Source: Takakia lepidozioides (lineage: Eukaryota > Plantae > Bryophyta). From it: a DNA stretch of 64,000 bases. The notes below the pieces were generated by a model. The model had not been told where the DNA came from, searched no databases, and was given only the letters and a program-made list of their open reading frames with translations. Positions within the stretch are counted from its first letter, which is position 1, and each line of letters begins with the position of its first letter. Location of the stretch: NCBI GenBank assembly GCA_030704615.1, contig CM060732.1, positions 55,676,001-55,740,000 on the forward strand, in the 5' to 3' direction. Shown here piece after piece: positions 9,430 to 22,800 of the stretch. Position numbers and translations under genes: made by a program.

Positions 9430-12400
9430 CCGATTCATTACCCACTCTGCTCCTCCTTTGAGGTCATCTTTATCAAGTAAGAATCATAAAGCTATGCGGC
9501 ACCGCTTCCCTTCACCTGTACTTGCCCAACACACCACGTGGTCTCCCCCGTAACTTGATCTTTCTGAAACAGATCATCATAAAGAAAGAAGCAGCACCGC
9601 TTGCAGCTGCACACCCTACCAAGCATCGCCCCTTAACTGACTGCTGCACCGCATGCCATGATGTTCTCCTCGTAAGGTAATCTCCCAGAAATCGATCATT
9701 ACCAAGAAGATGGCGGTACCATTAACACAGAGCATGGATGGATGAAAATCGCGGGTACTTAGGCTATATCCTGGTCGAGCGTTCCAACGTTCCCATGATG
9801 TTCCTAGAACATGGATGAACTTCATTCATCCGGTGGTTGAAAAATCCATTGTTTCATAGTTTATCCACTTCCATCAAGGCGAAAATCCTTTTCTCAACAG
9901 CGGTGATATCATTCTCTCCAGAGTCTTCAACCCGATCCTCATTAACGTTCAACTGCCTTGATGCTGAGGTATTCCCAAAAGAAGAGGAAGGGAGACCTCC
10001 CGTGCCCACCCTTGATGGAGAGGAATTAACAAATAGAAACCTCCACATCATCTAAAGCAACATCCTCCGGAGACAATCCAAAGGTCGAAGGGGTACAATA
10101 CCCGTCAACAATTGCCCTCAACCCAGCAACGACACCATCCGTGAGCATTCCTTCGGGAGCGGGCATGCTAACACCAGTAGGGAGCTCCATTTCCAATGTC
10201 TGCGTTTGTGGGTGTCGAGCGGCTTTTACTCACCCATCCCTTCGCTATCCGAGGTGGAAACTCCAAGATAGAAGAGTTGGATATCTCTAAGCACTCAGCC
10301 CGCTCAGAACAATCAGTCATGACCTACAGCTAGTGAATCATGGTTGTGCTTCCTATTTGTATTCCTCTTTGCCTTCATGTTATCAATTTACCTTACCGTG
10401 TATACTGAAGCATCAGATTGCTTCAGTATCTACTAAGTTCCAATTAATCATGCATTCATTCCGCAGCTTCTCTCCTGTCTCTCTACACAATATGTTTGTA
10501 TCGATTCAATATCGGATTAAGATTAATCATGTATCATGCCTATGCCATGGTGTCCCTAATTTACCCTGCTGTATAATTTTACAGCTTGCATGAATTAAGC
10601 CTCAATCAAGTCATCATCTCCTCTTCACTGTTTCCGCTCTCCGTTACGTCTCCTCCTCCCTTGAACAAGTCGCCCTCCTCAAGAAGTGATCCCCTTCCTG
10701 TTGCCGCTCTGCCTAATCAACCCGCAAGCTGTTTTAACCACCTACCTAACTATCCGTCACCCCTGAAGTAACACGTTCCCTCTGCAGATGTCGTTCCCTG
10801 TCAATGATAACTGTTCCCCATGTACTGTGACAGGCCGTGTCAAGCTGTGTCGAGTTGTGACTGGCTGTACGAAGCTGTGTCGGGCTGTGTCGGGCTGTGT
10901 CAGACTGTGTTTGGCTGTGATAGACTGTGACGGGCTGTGTAAAGCTGTGTCGGGCTGTGACTGGCTGTGTAAAGCTGTGTCTGGCTGTGATAGACTGTGA
11001 CGAGCTGTCTACAGCTGTGTCGGGCTGTGACTGGCTGTGCGAAGCTGTGTCGGGCTTGTATCTGGTTGTGATAGACTGTGACGAGCTGTCTACCCCCCCT
11101 AAAGCCGGCACCTGCTACCCCTAAGGCTCCTGTTGGTCTCAGTCTACCATTCATAAGTCTACGCAAAAATTAAGGGTACCCCACAAAACCCGTAAAAGCG
11201 TCCAAGTCCCAAGCAGCCCTCTAACATTACCCCTTCCCCTCTCAAAAAGCCGTGTCCTCACGGTTTACTGTTTGGGATCAGCAAACCTTTGTGAGCGAAC
11301 ACCCTTCTGTCGGTGAGAGTCTCGTGAAGGACTCCGTGTGCGAGCCCGAGTCCTGTCACTGGCTGATGGAGACAATTGAGCACTACCTGGAAATGTCTGA
11401 CCCTCCTTTGGCTGATAACGAGGTAACCTCACAGGCATAGGAGATCCCCGTCGTTTCTTCTTTGCCATCTGAAGTGCATAGTCCTCTGCCATGTCAAAAG
11501 AGTCCTCTGAAGAAACAGTAGTATCAGAATCCTCGTCCCCCCTTAGGTGTTTTAACGGCCGAACTTTAAGTGGCTTCTTGGGAATCCTGCGTGGCATACA
11601 ATGTGGGCCCACCATGTCGGGAAGTTTAAACTGTACGACTTGCTGTAAGCACTTGCAAACAAAATTAGTGAACGCCCTGAACTCCTTAGCCGTATAGGTG
11701 AGAGGTGTGCCAATGACTTTGGAACAGTGTAAGTATTTCCAGGCTTCATGTCCCTTAAAGAAAATATCCTCAGGGCCGAATTACTCTGTTGCCAAATTGT
11801 TCCAAGCCGAATTAAACCATGAACGAAGTTGGGAATCCTTCTACATCATAACTTTTGCATCATATAGGTACATATGAGGTGGAACTGAAGGTAAAACCAA
11901 TGATCCCCATTGGAATAACTCAGAAATCGTTATTGCATCTTTTGCTGCTCAATGTGATAACGTGCCATAAAACAAGCAGCATAGTATAATCCACAGCCCA
12001 TGACAATACTAGATACATCATTGGTCTTGGTATAGATGTACCCATGTACAACCTGGAAGGCAATTAATTCCTTCAACATGGTACCTGCCTCAGACCAGTA
12101 CCTTGCAAAGTGATGATCCTCAATGGGTCGATTGTTCGGAAGAACCTTAGTCCGAGTTGCCACTGGCAACTAAATGCGCATGATCTGGTAGTAATGTGCC
12201 AACGACTGCGGAGGACTAAATTCCTTCCAAGCAGCCCATGACTGTTTATGTGTTTCAATATGCAAGTCGTGCTGCAATGGTTTGTCATGGATACCAATGT
12301 ATCCCTTCAACTTATTGACATTGACTCTTCCCAGCATCTCTTTGTTAATGGTTTGTAACATGACGGTGTTGTTATCATACATCTTCTGTATGACATAAGG

Positions 12401-14714
12401 TCCTTTCCATGGTGATTTAAGCTTAGAAGCCTTAATCTTCCCCTTCTTTTGCAACCACAGAACCAAATCTCACGTCTTAAAAGTCTTTAATTTACCTTCA
12501 TCAAACTGATCCTTCCTCTTCATCTTAATTCTGGTCATGTTATCCGCTGCATCAGCACGTACTTCTTCCACATGGTATAATTCATGTTTCCTGACCTTAA
12601 TTGAATCTTCCAATTCCATTCTCTTTCCCCATTCCGTTCTCATGGTAGGTAACAGGAATTCCACTGGAAGTAAAGCTTCCATACCATAAACTAATTGGAA
12701 TGGTGTATACTTAGTGGTGACTTTATATGAAGTCTTGTATGACCACAAAGCTGTCAGCAATTTTGTATCCCAATCTGTTCTGTTTGCATTGACTATCTTA
12801 GCCAAGATAGTACATAGTATTTTGTTGGTAGTCTCTGCCTGCCCATTACCCTGTGGGTAATAAGTTGTACTCTTCCTATGCACAATCATGAACTCTTTAG
12901 TCAATAGTTCTATGGTCTCATTAATGAAGTGACTTCCCTGGTCACTGATAAATTCCAGGGGACAGCCAAATCGCGTAAGTATGTTCTCATACAAGAACCT
13001 TGTTGTGGACTTAGCTGTGTTGTCCCTCAGACCTTTAGCTTCCACCCACTTTGTAGTATAATCAGTGGCTGTGATTATATACTTGTTCTGTGTATTCTTG
13101 GCTGGTGGGTTAATTGGTCCAACAAAATCTAGTCCCCATTTCTGAAATGGTTCAGTAGGCATCGTAGGATGCAAAGCCATCTTCCCAGATCTCTGCAATG
13201 GTCCTAGCCTCTGACACTCATCACAACTCTTACAATACTTGTGTACATCCTTGAACAAAGTTGGCCACCAGTAACCTGCAAGTAGTATCTTTCTACTGAT
13301 AGTCTCTTCTCCAAAATGACCTCCAACCACTCCTTTATGAACTTCCTCCAAAACTTTATTTACTTCATGGTGGTACAAGCATCGTTTAAGTACTCCATCA
13401 GGTCCTAACTTATAAATTCTGCCCCCTACCATAGTATAAGGTAAAGCCTTGATAGCGATTCTCTTCCTCTGCTCCTTTCCATAACTAGGTGGGCACTGAC
13501 CATGAGTAAGGTAGTATCTGATTGGCCACTGCCAATCTAACCAGTCATCTGCACTTCCCTGCACCTCCACTGCAAATAAACTCGCATCAGGTAATTGGTC
13601 GTCTACTCCTGTGGCTGGCTCTCCTGTTGATAGGCGTGACAAGTGATCTGCCACAAGATGCAAACGACCAGGCTTGTAAACAACCTCGAACTCAAACTCG
13701 TGCAAGATTATTAACCACCTTGTTGTCCTTCCACTTATCAAAGGTTTGTTCACCAGATATATCAGAGCCTGGTGATCCACATAAAACATAAACTTCCTTC
13801 CCAATAGGTAATGCCTGAATTTCTTGACTGCATAAATCATTGTCAGTGCTTCTCTTTCAGTTGTGCTATAGTTCCTTTCAGTACTGTTCATCAACCTGCT
13901 AGCATAGTACACATGTGAGTCTATATTTCCTTTAACACTGCTCCCAACGCTTCTCCTGAGGCATCACAGTGAACATGAAATACTACATGTCAGTGAGGGT
14001 TAATCAGCACAGGTGTAGTTGTTACTGAGTTCCTCAAAAGCCTGTTGACATTCAGCTGTCCATGCAAACACTGCATCTTTCTTCAGAAGCTTGCTCAATG
14101 GTGCTGCTATCTGTGCATACCGTCTGACAAATCTTCTGTAATAACTGGTTTGTCTAAGGAATCTCCTTAGACTCTTAACATTTACTGGTGGTGGAGAGGC
14201 TTTAATGGTCTCTGTCTTTCTGGGATCCACAAGAAGTCCCCTCTTACACACAATGTGTTCCAAAAGCACCCTTGAGTTCACACAGAAAGTACACTTCTCT
14301 GGATTCAGGCCCAGACCTCTCATCCTGCATCTGGCCAAACATAACTCCAATTTATGCAAGTGCTCATTCTTAGAGCTGTACACACTGAAATCATCCAAGA
14401 ACACCTGCATGAAATCATCCAGATACTCATGAAAAGATTCACTTATCACTCTCTGAAAGGTTGCTGGTGCATTACAAAGTCCAAAAGGCATGACTTTGTA
14501 TGCATAAGCACCCCAGTCTGTGATGAAAGCTGTCTTTCCCTGGTCTTCTTCTGCCACTTGCACTTGATTATAACCACTGAAGCCATCCATGAATGAGTAC
14601 ATCTCATGGCCTGCCACAGTGTCCAATACCGCTTCTGTGAATGGCAAAGGGAAATGATCTTTCTTCGTACAAGCATTCAACTTCTTATAGTTCACACAAA
14701 CTCTCAGTTTACCA
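9430..14714 (-). mobile_element. Second Ty3/Gypsy LTR retrotransposon (RT-RNase H-integrase), 5'-truncated at the LINE junction; left boundary approximate
   Basis: Minus ORFs 14000..14713 (LRVCVNYKKLN, MDGFSGYNQ, MPFGLCNAPATFQR, FLDD), 12470..13912 (NYSTTEREAL, GGHFG...CDECQR, WGLDFVGP, SDQG, YYPQGNGQAE) and 12170..12466 (SPWKGPY, GPY/F-like). LTRs were not resolved. Confidence 0.88.
10830..11091. repeat. Degenerate ~10-bp tandem repeat (GCTGTGTCGG / GCTGTGACTG / ACTGTGACGA variants)
   Basis: About 25 units are directly visible, with higher-order blocks. Confidence 0.9.
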
Positions 14715-16925
14715 TATATTCGGAGCCTCTGGCCCTGCCACCCAGCATACCTGGACTGGTAGTGGCCTTGCCCACCCACCACTAGGTCTCCACACACAAG
14801 AAGCTCTCCAATGGGCTCGTTGTGCGGCTCAATTCTCCTCACCTACCACCACCATACTCATACTTACACAACAACAATGGCCCGATCCTAGACACCCCCT
14901 CCTCCAACTTCCCGCCTGCGTCTAGCCGCTATCGAACCAAACCAGCTCAGATATATACATGTCCCCCCCTTCCCCAAGTACAAAGAGCCTACCTTAACCC
15001 TGCTACTACTTGTTCAAAATACCTTCCCCCCCAACGCACATATTCCGGACTTCCCTACCCGTCTCCACCACCTATTAGCAGGAACACATGGCACACCGCC
15101 TTTCCACTCCCCCCAACTTACCCCACTACTCCTAACCCAATCCCCAGTATTAGCCTATGCAAAGCTTGGACACGGGCGCTACCACGCCCCCCCACCCCCT
15201 GCCCAATAGCTACCCTCACTACACCCCCACTTTGCCAACAAACTCTACCTCTAAAATACCCCCCTGCCCACTCTCATTATACTGATGGCTCCCTCACCGG
15301 CTCCCACGCAGGTTATGACATTTACCATGCCGCCCCTAAACAAGGCATGTCCCTTAGACTACCTAGCCCCGCCACCATTTTACGCGCTGAGCTTATGGCC
15401 ATCCATGACGCACTCTCCCAGTTAACCTCTTTTCCCCCCACATTACATTTTTACTGACAGCCTGACCTCCCTCTTTTTCATTCGAAATCACCTCCCTCGA
15501 CCCTCTTCCCACCATCACCATCCTGACCGGAACCTCATTACAGCCATTGTCCATCTTGTTATCTCCCTGAACCAACCCATCTACTTTATCAAAGTTCGCT
15601 CGCATACTGGTATCTTTGACGACGATGCAGCCAACCTCCTCGCCTAGCAGGGGGCCGCCCGCCCCCCCCTTGATCCCACAACGGACCCCATTCATATCGC
15701 ACACACCCACCCATTTTGGCTTATACACCCCGTCCCGGAGTCTCCTGAGTCCTGACCAATCCGCAACCTTTTAACTGTACTTACTCGGGAGACTAGCAAA
15801 CAAGCCTCAATATCTACCAGCCACACCAAGAAACGCATCCAGAAATGGACGCAATCCACTGTACAACACCATAAACTATCCCACCACTTTTGGCACACCA
15901 AAGCCGCTACTGATGCACAAATACGACAAACCCTCAAATTTAGATATGCTCAATACATGGGCCACCATCGCAAACACACCTTCTGGCCGCGCCTCTACCT
16001 TTCCCCGAACTGTCCACTATGCTCCCGCACCCACATGGTCCGCAATACATGGCCCCACCTTCTCAGCCAATGTCCCCACCCCGTCATCCATGGTCTCCGT
16101 ATCACCCGACATAATCATGTTATCTCGCACATACACAACTCCTCCTACAATGCCCTGAAACTCGCTGGTTCTCACTTATCAATGCGGCATCTACCAAGGC
16201 CGACCTCCGGACCACACTGTACCGTCATGGGTACTCCCATACACCTGCCGACCTCACTTACCCTGCATATGCCCTGCTCAACTATGCCCGGACATCTTGC
16301 TAGTACAAGGTCTACCCATACACGCCACGCCACCCACTATCCAATCCCCCAACCTCACTTGCATACACTTTATTGAATTCACATACTGCCACAACCGCTA
16401 TCCTAGCACCTCCACTCTAAAAAAACGTCAGAAATATGCTCCGCTTATCCTAGCCATCCGCCGACTCGGCTGGACCATTGACCCACTAACCGTCATCACT
16501 ACTGGAACACAAGGTGGCATCCACAATGCCAACATCTATGCACTCCACAAGAAGTTTAGAATCCCCAACCTTCTATACACAAATGCTTAAAAACTATCCA
16601 CCTAACGGCACTTCGCTCTATCATAGCCAGTATCACCAATAAACGACAACAAGAATCCAATCTTCCACTAGGCTCTTATGTACCCTCGGGATCCTCCGTG
16701 GTACCCGGGGTATCCCCCCGGTACCCTAGATACTCTCCTCTGATATCACTGTTGTCACCGATACCCTATACACTCCCCTCTGCTATACCCCGGATACTAC
16801 TCCCTGGTGTCCCCTGGACATCTTTTTTACTTAGAGGGCCCACCCCCGAAAGGGGGTAGTAGCCGCAAGGCGAAGTGGCTCTTAGTTACGCCGGTCCCTT
16901 GACCGGAGTTTTATCTCTTTCTCTA
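14715..16925 (+). mobile_element. 5'-truncated non-LTR retrotransposon, Dualen/RandI-like (RNase H + CCHC zinc knuckle + restriction-like endonuclease), degenerate
   Basis: RNase H: HYTDGS, TILRAELMAIHDAL, DSLTS, KVRSHTGI (15275-15650). Zinc knuckle and RHN: CPLC..TWPHLLSQC..ITRHN (16010-16115). PD-(D/E)xK-like: PDILLVQG..HFIEFTYC..KKRQKYAPL..GW (16288-16520). A structured, T/C-rich 3' tail follows. Confidence 0.75.
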
Positions 16926-17513
16926 ACCTCACTTTCGTTCACCAATTTACCAGGTGTGTGCCCGTTTTACGAAATTTCCTACATGACCTTGAGCTGACAA
17001 TTTAAGAAGCCAGCCTGAAGCCAAACAGTAATTGGTGACAAACAACAATGCGAAATTCTGCTCATCTAGACAAGCTCTTACAATTAATCCTCAAAATGCA
17101 AAAATGAAACAGCCTGAATGGGTAGAAAGCCAGCGAGAACGAAGAGGAAAGATAAAAGAAGTTCGCGTGTGCACCCATAGAGAAGCTCATCCATCAACTG
17201 ACCAAGCAAGGACAAATAGAGAACTGCATGGGAATTCTACCCTTTCACAAATGCGTCATAGCCGAAGTTGAAGGGCAAGCCCAGTGAGCTGATCTTCATC
17301 AGAGCAAAGAAGAGCCCTGGTATTGATGAGGGGTTGTGAAGAAGCCCGACTACATTCATGTGCGTTACTTTTGCATATAATTTTAGGTTGGTATGAAACT
17401 GTAAAAGAGTGAGATTATCATCTACATTCATATTATTTCTTGCAAAATTACCATATGAAATAGAAGTCATTGCACTGGAGAAGTTACAAAACATCAGATT
17501 CCGTAAGATTTCA

Positions 17514-18512
17514 CACTACTGCAAAAAAGAAGGTTAGCGATGCCTATCCGTCATGGCCCCAAAATGCCCGTGACGAAGGTATCACAGGTTGGATTACAAC
17601 GCCCCGGCCATCCACTACAGGAAAAAGAAGTGGGGGGGGGGGGGGGGGGGGGGGTTGTTAGCGACGCCAGCCGCGCCCCCACGCTGGGCCTGCGACGCCC
17701 AGCCGTCGCAAGGTGCGTCGCCGCGGGGGGTTGCGACGGATTTTTTTTTTCCTTGCGACGCCGGGGGTCGCAATGCCAACAAAATAAATAAATAAACAAA
17801 TTTGGGCGTTGCGACGTCCAGCAGTCGCAAGGTGCATCGCCGCGGGGGGTTGCAACGGTTTTTTTTCCTTTCGACGCCGGGGGGGGGGGGAGGGGTCACA
17901 ATGCCAAAAAAATAAAAAAATAAAAAATTGTGAGTACCCCGAAGGCGGCGAGGAAGCACGGGATCTGAGAGGCCGACGACAGCAAGTGGAGCATTGCGAT
18001 GCCAAAAACGTTGTTGGGAGCGCCCCGCGCCTGGCGGGGCTGCAACAACGATGACGGCGTTGGGGCTGGGCTCTAAGGCTGCGGAGGTTGCAATTCCCCG
18101 GCGTCACAAGAGAAACCCCCTTAGAAGGAACTTGAAAGAAATCTTGATATTTATATATATACTTAGACTGCTTTTGTGATACATAGATGTATCGTAGGTG
18201 TGTTGGTTAGTCTATAGTGTCTTAGAAATGTTATAATGTGGAGGTCCTAGGTTCAAGTATGCATTGCCTAATATATGTAGAACAATGAACGTATTGCCAT
18301 CGGACAGAACCGGAGTCAATGGTCAACAAGTTTTTGAAATTCAAATTCTTTGCGACCCCCGGACGTCGCTAATTCGACGTCGTAGAGAAGGAAACCAAAA
18401 ATAAAATAAAATAAATAAATAAATAAATATTTGGCCGCGTTTCCTAGCGACCCCCATCCGTCGGTAAATAGCGACAACATTCTAGCGACGCCCGGGCGTC
18501 GCAAAAAGGGGC
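17514..18512 (+). mobile_element. CACTA-type non-autonomous DNA transposon, right end truncated
   Basis: Starts CACTACTGCAAAAAAG at 17514. Many GCGACG/CGTCGC subterminal repeats in both orientations; internal direct duplication 17690-17800 / 17810-17925; poly-G at 17632-17654. Confidence 0.7.
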
Positions 18513-19812
18513 TTCTAATTTCAAAGAGGCTTGTGGCTTGTTTGGACTCAAGCTGAAAAGGTAGATCGTCATGGGCCTGCCTGCTTCTGATGTATATGAC
18601 CAGTCAACACATGTTCCTTCGCTTGCATTCTTGTCGTCATATGTTTTTCAGCATTTCCCTTTGTGAGACACTGACAGTTTGGTATGAATATAAGCTCCAG
18701 TGAGAACTTGCGACGTATCAGGTAGTGCAGGTAAGAACAAGTGCAGCTGTGCAGGTGTTTGTTATAGGAGAGTGCTCTTCTCGTGTATAAAACCTAGGCA
18801 GAGGAGCAATGGAGTCTTTTGGGCATCAGGGTATAGTTGAATCTATTCGTGTGTCCCCAACCAGAGATGGAGTGTGCAGAGTGTTTTGGTTTGATAGCAA
18901 ATGCTCAAGTTTGGAGTTAAGGAACACACAACAGGCAACGATTGACTGGGTTAATGGCACCAAAACAACTTCTGGACTCCAGTGACAGGGTATCCATGAT
19001 CTCCCTTGCAACATAAAGGCCCATTGATAATCAGTCACCTTAGTGGCTCCTATCATCTCGACCCTGAATGCAGGAAGACTGATGCACTTGTAATACCCTC
19101 TCTGCTCTCCAAATCACGGCTATGGCAATGTCCTACCACAGAAGGTTTGATTTCACCTTCAAATTCCATGGAATTGCAAATGTGCAGAGGTCCTTAATAA
19201 AGTGCACAAGCAGGGACTAGTATTGTCACCCTGCCCATTTGCATACATGTATCGGCGATGACTATACCAAAGGTTGCATGATACATTCAAGACAAAGCCA
19301 CTTGTGAAGCTCAAACTGTGCCAGTGCTTCTCTATAGAGCTGCCTGTAACAGGAATGTCTGGTAAAGATGGGGCCTGGGGTTGGAGTGGAGAGATTTGTA
19401 CACATTGCTGACACTCATTCAAAAAGTTAAGATCCTGGGCTTCAGTTCATTCGCATCTGAGTTCCCACCCCCCAGAGTTCTCAAAGTGGTTGAGAGAAAA
19501 AGGGAGCTTTACAACATCCAAAAGTACCTGGGAAGTACCACATTGAAAACAAAGCACCAAGTCCTAGCAGGAAACGATTGGCCTTATGACAAAAGAGAGA
19601 AAATAGAGAAAAGAGAGACTTCCATTATCGAACATCTGTTCTAGATGGTCACAAAGATGAAAGAGCTTCACTTGGTAGCATGGTATTCTACTGATACAAT
19701 TCACTGCCAACCATACTAATGTAAAGAGGTGTGTACATGCCGCGTAACACTACCACATAGTATTACAACAAAGAATTACACCTTCATGTCGACAGCGATT
19801 CAAGCTTCACAA

Positions 19813-22800
19813 CTAAGGGCCCTTGTCCAGCTTCGGTCTAGGCGCTTTGACTCTATCTCTGCGCCTTTCATCATCTGAGAGTTCACCAGCTATAGCGAGC
19901 TTCTTCTTAAAGACACGGGAGGGGCTATGGGGAACATCTCTTGTGCCATTACCCAAAGATGCTGAAATTACCTGAGCACCAGCTTTGAGTTTCTTCTTCT
20001 TGATTTTCTTCAATGGGGATTGAAGCATCAGTTTCGAGGCCTCTCTCCCTGAATCACTGCGATCTTCTGCCATCTTTTTGATTTCGTATTTGCTCGACTT
20101 CAACTTGACAGGTTCACCGGGCGTTTTCCTCTTCAGCTTCTTCCCGTCACTACCTAATTTTGTCTTCAGCATACTCGAAAGTAGTAGATTTCCACTGTCA
20201 AATACACCATCATTCCTGTGTAACATAGTGGTAGGCACATTCCTAGATTTTGATAAGGAGGGTAGCAGGCCATGGCTTGACATATAGCTGGAAGGCTTTG
20301 GCATTTGCCTATCTGCAGAGTCATCCCCAACCTTTTTCCAATCACTCAAGAGACCCACTTTTTGCCTTTTCTTTGGTACCTGCCACCACAACTCACCGAA
20401 GTAAGACAGACAGCACGAAGGGAAGAAAGACTCCACTTTCCCAAGAAAATTCCCCTCAACGCTGCCATCCAGCCATGCATAAAACTGTCTGGCATGGCAT
20501 CACAGACAAGTCTCCTCCCATTTCGGTTTGCCCTCAGATGGACCTCAGTGGACAAAAGACCTTAACAAGCAAGAACTTTTTCCCTTGATGCGAAGAGAAA
20601 GAAACACACTGGCCATAAGAGGCCAGAGAAACAACAAGGAGTTGCCCATCGCAGAAGAGAGACCAACAATCCTAACCAAGTGATCCGGAGGCTAAATGTG
20701 GCACCGGATCAAAGCAAGAAGCCTTTGTTGTGTTCTCAAGGCAAGCAGATGAGTGCTTGGCTTGAAATAAAGCTGTGTAGTAAATGACAATGTGCAGGAA
20801 ATATGATTAGGCCCCAAAAGACCCTCAATGTAAGGAGCGAAGGAGGATTCATTAATGAAGTTTTGCTTTCCTGTTGTTTTCGGTCTTGCCTGCAAACTCA
20901 AACGAGATGTACTCAGATGGGAAGATGTGTCATGTGCCCACTCTTGCTGTGAAGAAGATTAGAGGTTGTTGATGGGATGACCAAGAACCCACACAAATAA
21001 ATAACCCAGAGCTTAGAGTCAGGACAAACAGTAATGTGTTTCCCTTCAGGTTTGAGAAGACAGGGTGCTTGTTGGATATAGAGTGGTACCGTAGACAGAA
21101 CGAAACATGGAGATATAGCTACTACCCCAGTTTGAACTCTGGGACAAGGTAGGCAAATTCTTGTGCGGTTCGTTTTCTCTTGTTTCCAAGCCCTCCTCTA
21201 TTTTCACCTCATGGCGCACCTGCTAGAATGGTACAAGTTTACAAGGGGCTGGGAATCCTAGCTCATGACTAATGATGACTACTTACATGTTGACACCATG
21301 GCTGGGTCTAAGAGATAACAACTTAATGTTATGCTCACATAGACGTTAGAACTTGGTTGCTTTTTATGTTCTACATGTGAGGCTTCATTTACAAGCTGTA
21401 AACTTACAGGAAATCACTTCTACCAAGTGAAAGTGAAATGTTTTCATTGAACTAGAAGGACTACAAAGTCAACTTCAAAGAACCAATCAGTCTGTGAACA
21501 GAGCATTGTCACCATACTTTTACATCTACTTACAAACCCTGGAAGGGACTGCATGGCTTGAGCCCAGGACTACTGCGCTTTACCACTGTGAAACTAATTA
21601 GGGCGAGTCTCGTTATATAACCAGTTAATTAAGTGCCCCCCATCACAAATCCACTAGGTTAAATGCGAGTCCCGAAAGACAGCAGACCAAACTAGTTCAC
21701 ATACCGTGTTGACCTTTCAGCATCAAACCTGCTGAGGAAGTGGAAGGTGCAGGCAAGCGAACCTCAGTATACTGAGTCAAGAAGGTACAAGCCTAAAAGT
21801 GCTCAAGAGGGTCGTCTGTATTGCAGGTGATCATTAAGGACCACAAGGAATTGGAGAGGTGGTGGACAGGGTAAGGTCAGAAAAACTTAATTAGAAAGCT
21901 CAAAATTAGAAAGACATTCAGGTGATACCTTTGTAAGCTTGCTAAGCCGCTTCTTCCGCTCCTTAGCACGGTAGACAGCACCCTTGATGCCGTTGTTATC
22001 CATCCAACCCTCTGGCCAAAGTTCTGCCAACTGCAGACCACTGGTTCTCTTGTCAATTATTACACCAGGAGTATCGTACAAGGGAGTAATAGTAAAGCAG
22101 TCCCTTTGAATCCTTGCTTGAAAATTGTCGTTCACTCTCTACAAACTAGGCATCTGTTTTCCTACATTGATCTAACACATTATAAGCAAAACAGAGCCTG
22201 CTGATTGCATCAAAATGCCTCTCACCTGATGGCAAGCAAGAACACACACACAAACAGATGAGAAGGAATGACACACTGACCTCAATATAGAGTTTCCGAA
22301 TCTGTGGTCCTTTATGCTCATCCATTCCCTGTCCGAATTGCCAAGAATCACAAGGCAGCAAATACTATCATCCATCGATCTAGTCAGATCACTGCAATGA
22401 CCAAATCAGAAATAATCTCGACCCAAAGTATGACTCTGCTCCATGATTTTCCAAGAGACTTGGTCAGAAGTATGCAGACTCCCTGGTTTAAAGGTTTGAT
22501 GATGATTGAGCTCTGAAAGTATTCGCAATGTTACAACAACACCAGCATTTGACAGTTACGGTAATCCCAATGAAGAACTTCTTTTGCAAAAGGATTGAAC
22601 TCATCCATCATCCATTTCCTACTTCGGACATACATGACTACTGTTGTAAACACCCTTGGACATTATTCATTGACCACCAAAAAGAAACAACCAGCATGGA
22701 AATGAAAATAGGTAAGAGCAGGAGTGAGACCTCCAGATACTGTTCGTACAGATCACAGAGACGGTCCTCAGTAGCATGGTCCCACTTGTACTTTACACTA

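Noticed and set aside
10830-11091. CRISPR array, or protein-coding ORFs over the tandem repeat
   Set aside because: 10-bp degenerate units without unique spacers, no cas genes, eukaryotic context; the ORFs are low-complexity artefacts.
16850-16876. SSU rRNA fragment (resembles GGGGAGTA..GCCGCAAGG), or hammerhead ribozyme
   Set aside because: The similarity is under 25 nt with no flanking rRNA sequence, and there is no CUGANGA/GAAA hammerhead core.
17030-17500. Possible exon fragment on the minus strand
   Set aside because: No family recognised and no neighbouring exons identified.
17540-18180. Several GC-rich ORFs on both strands
   Set aside because: They arise from CACTA subterminal repeats and homopolymers; no protein motifs.
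21540-21595. tRNA gene candidates (also 18190, 30835, 33990)
   Set aside because: Only box-like remnants; no acceptor stem or complete cloverleaf.
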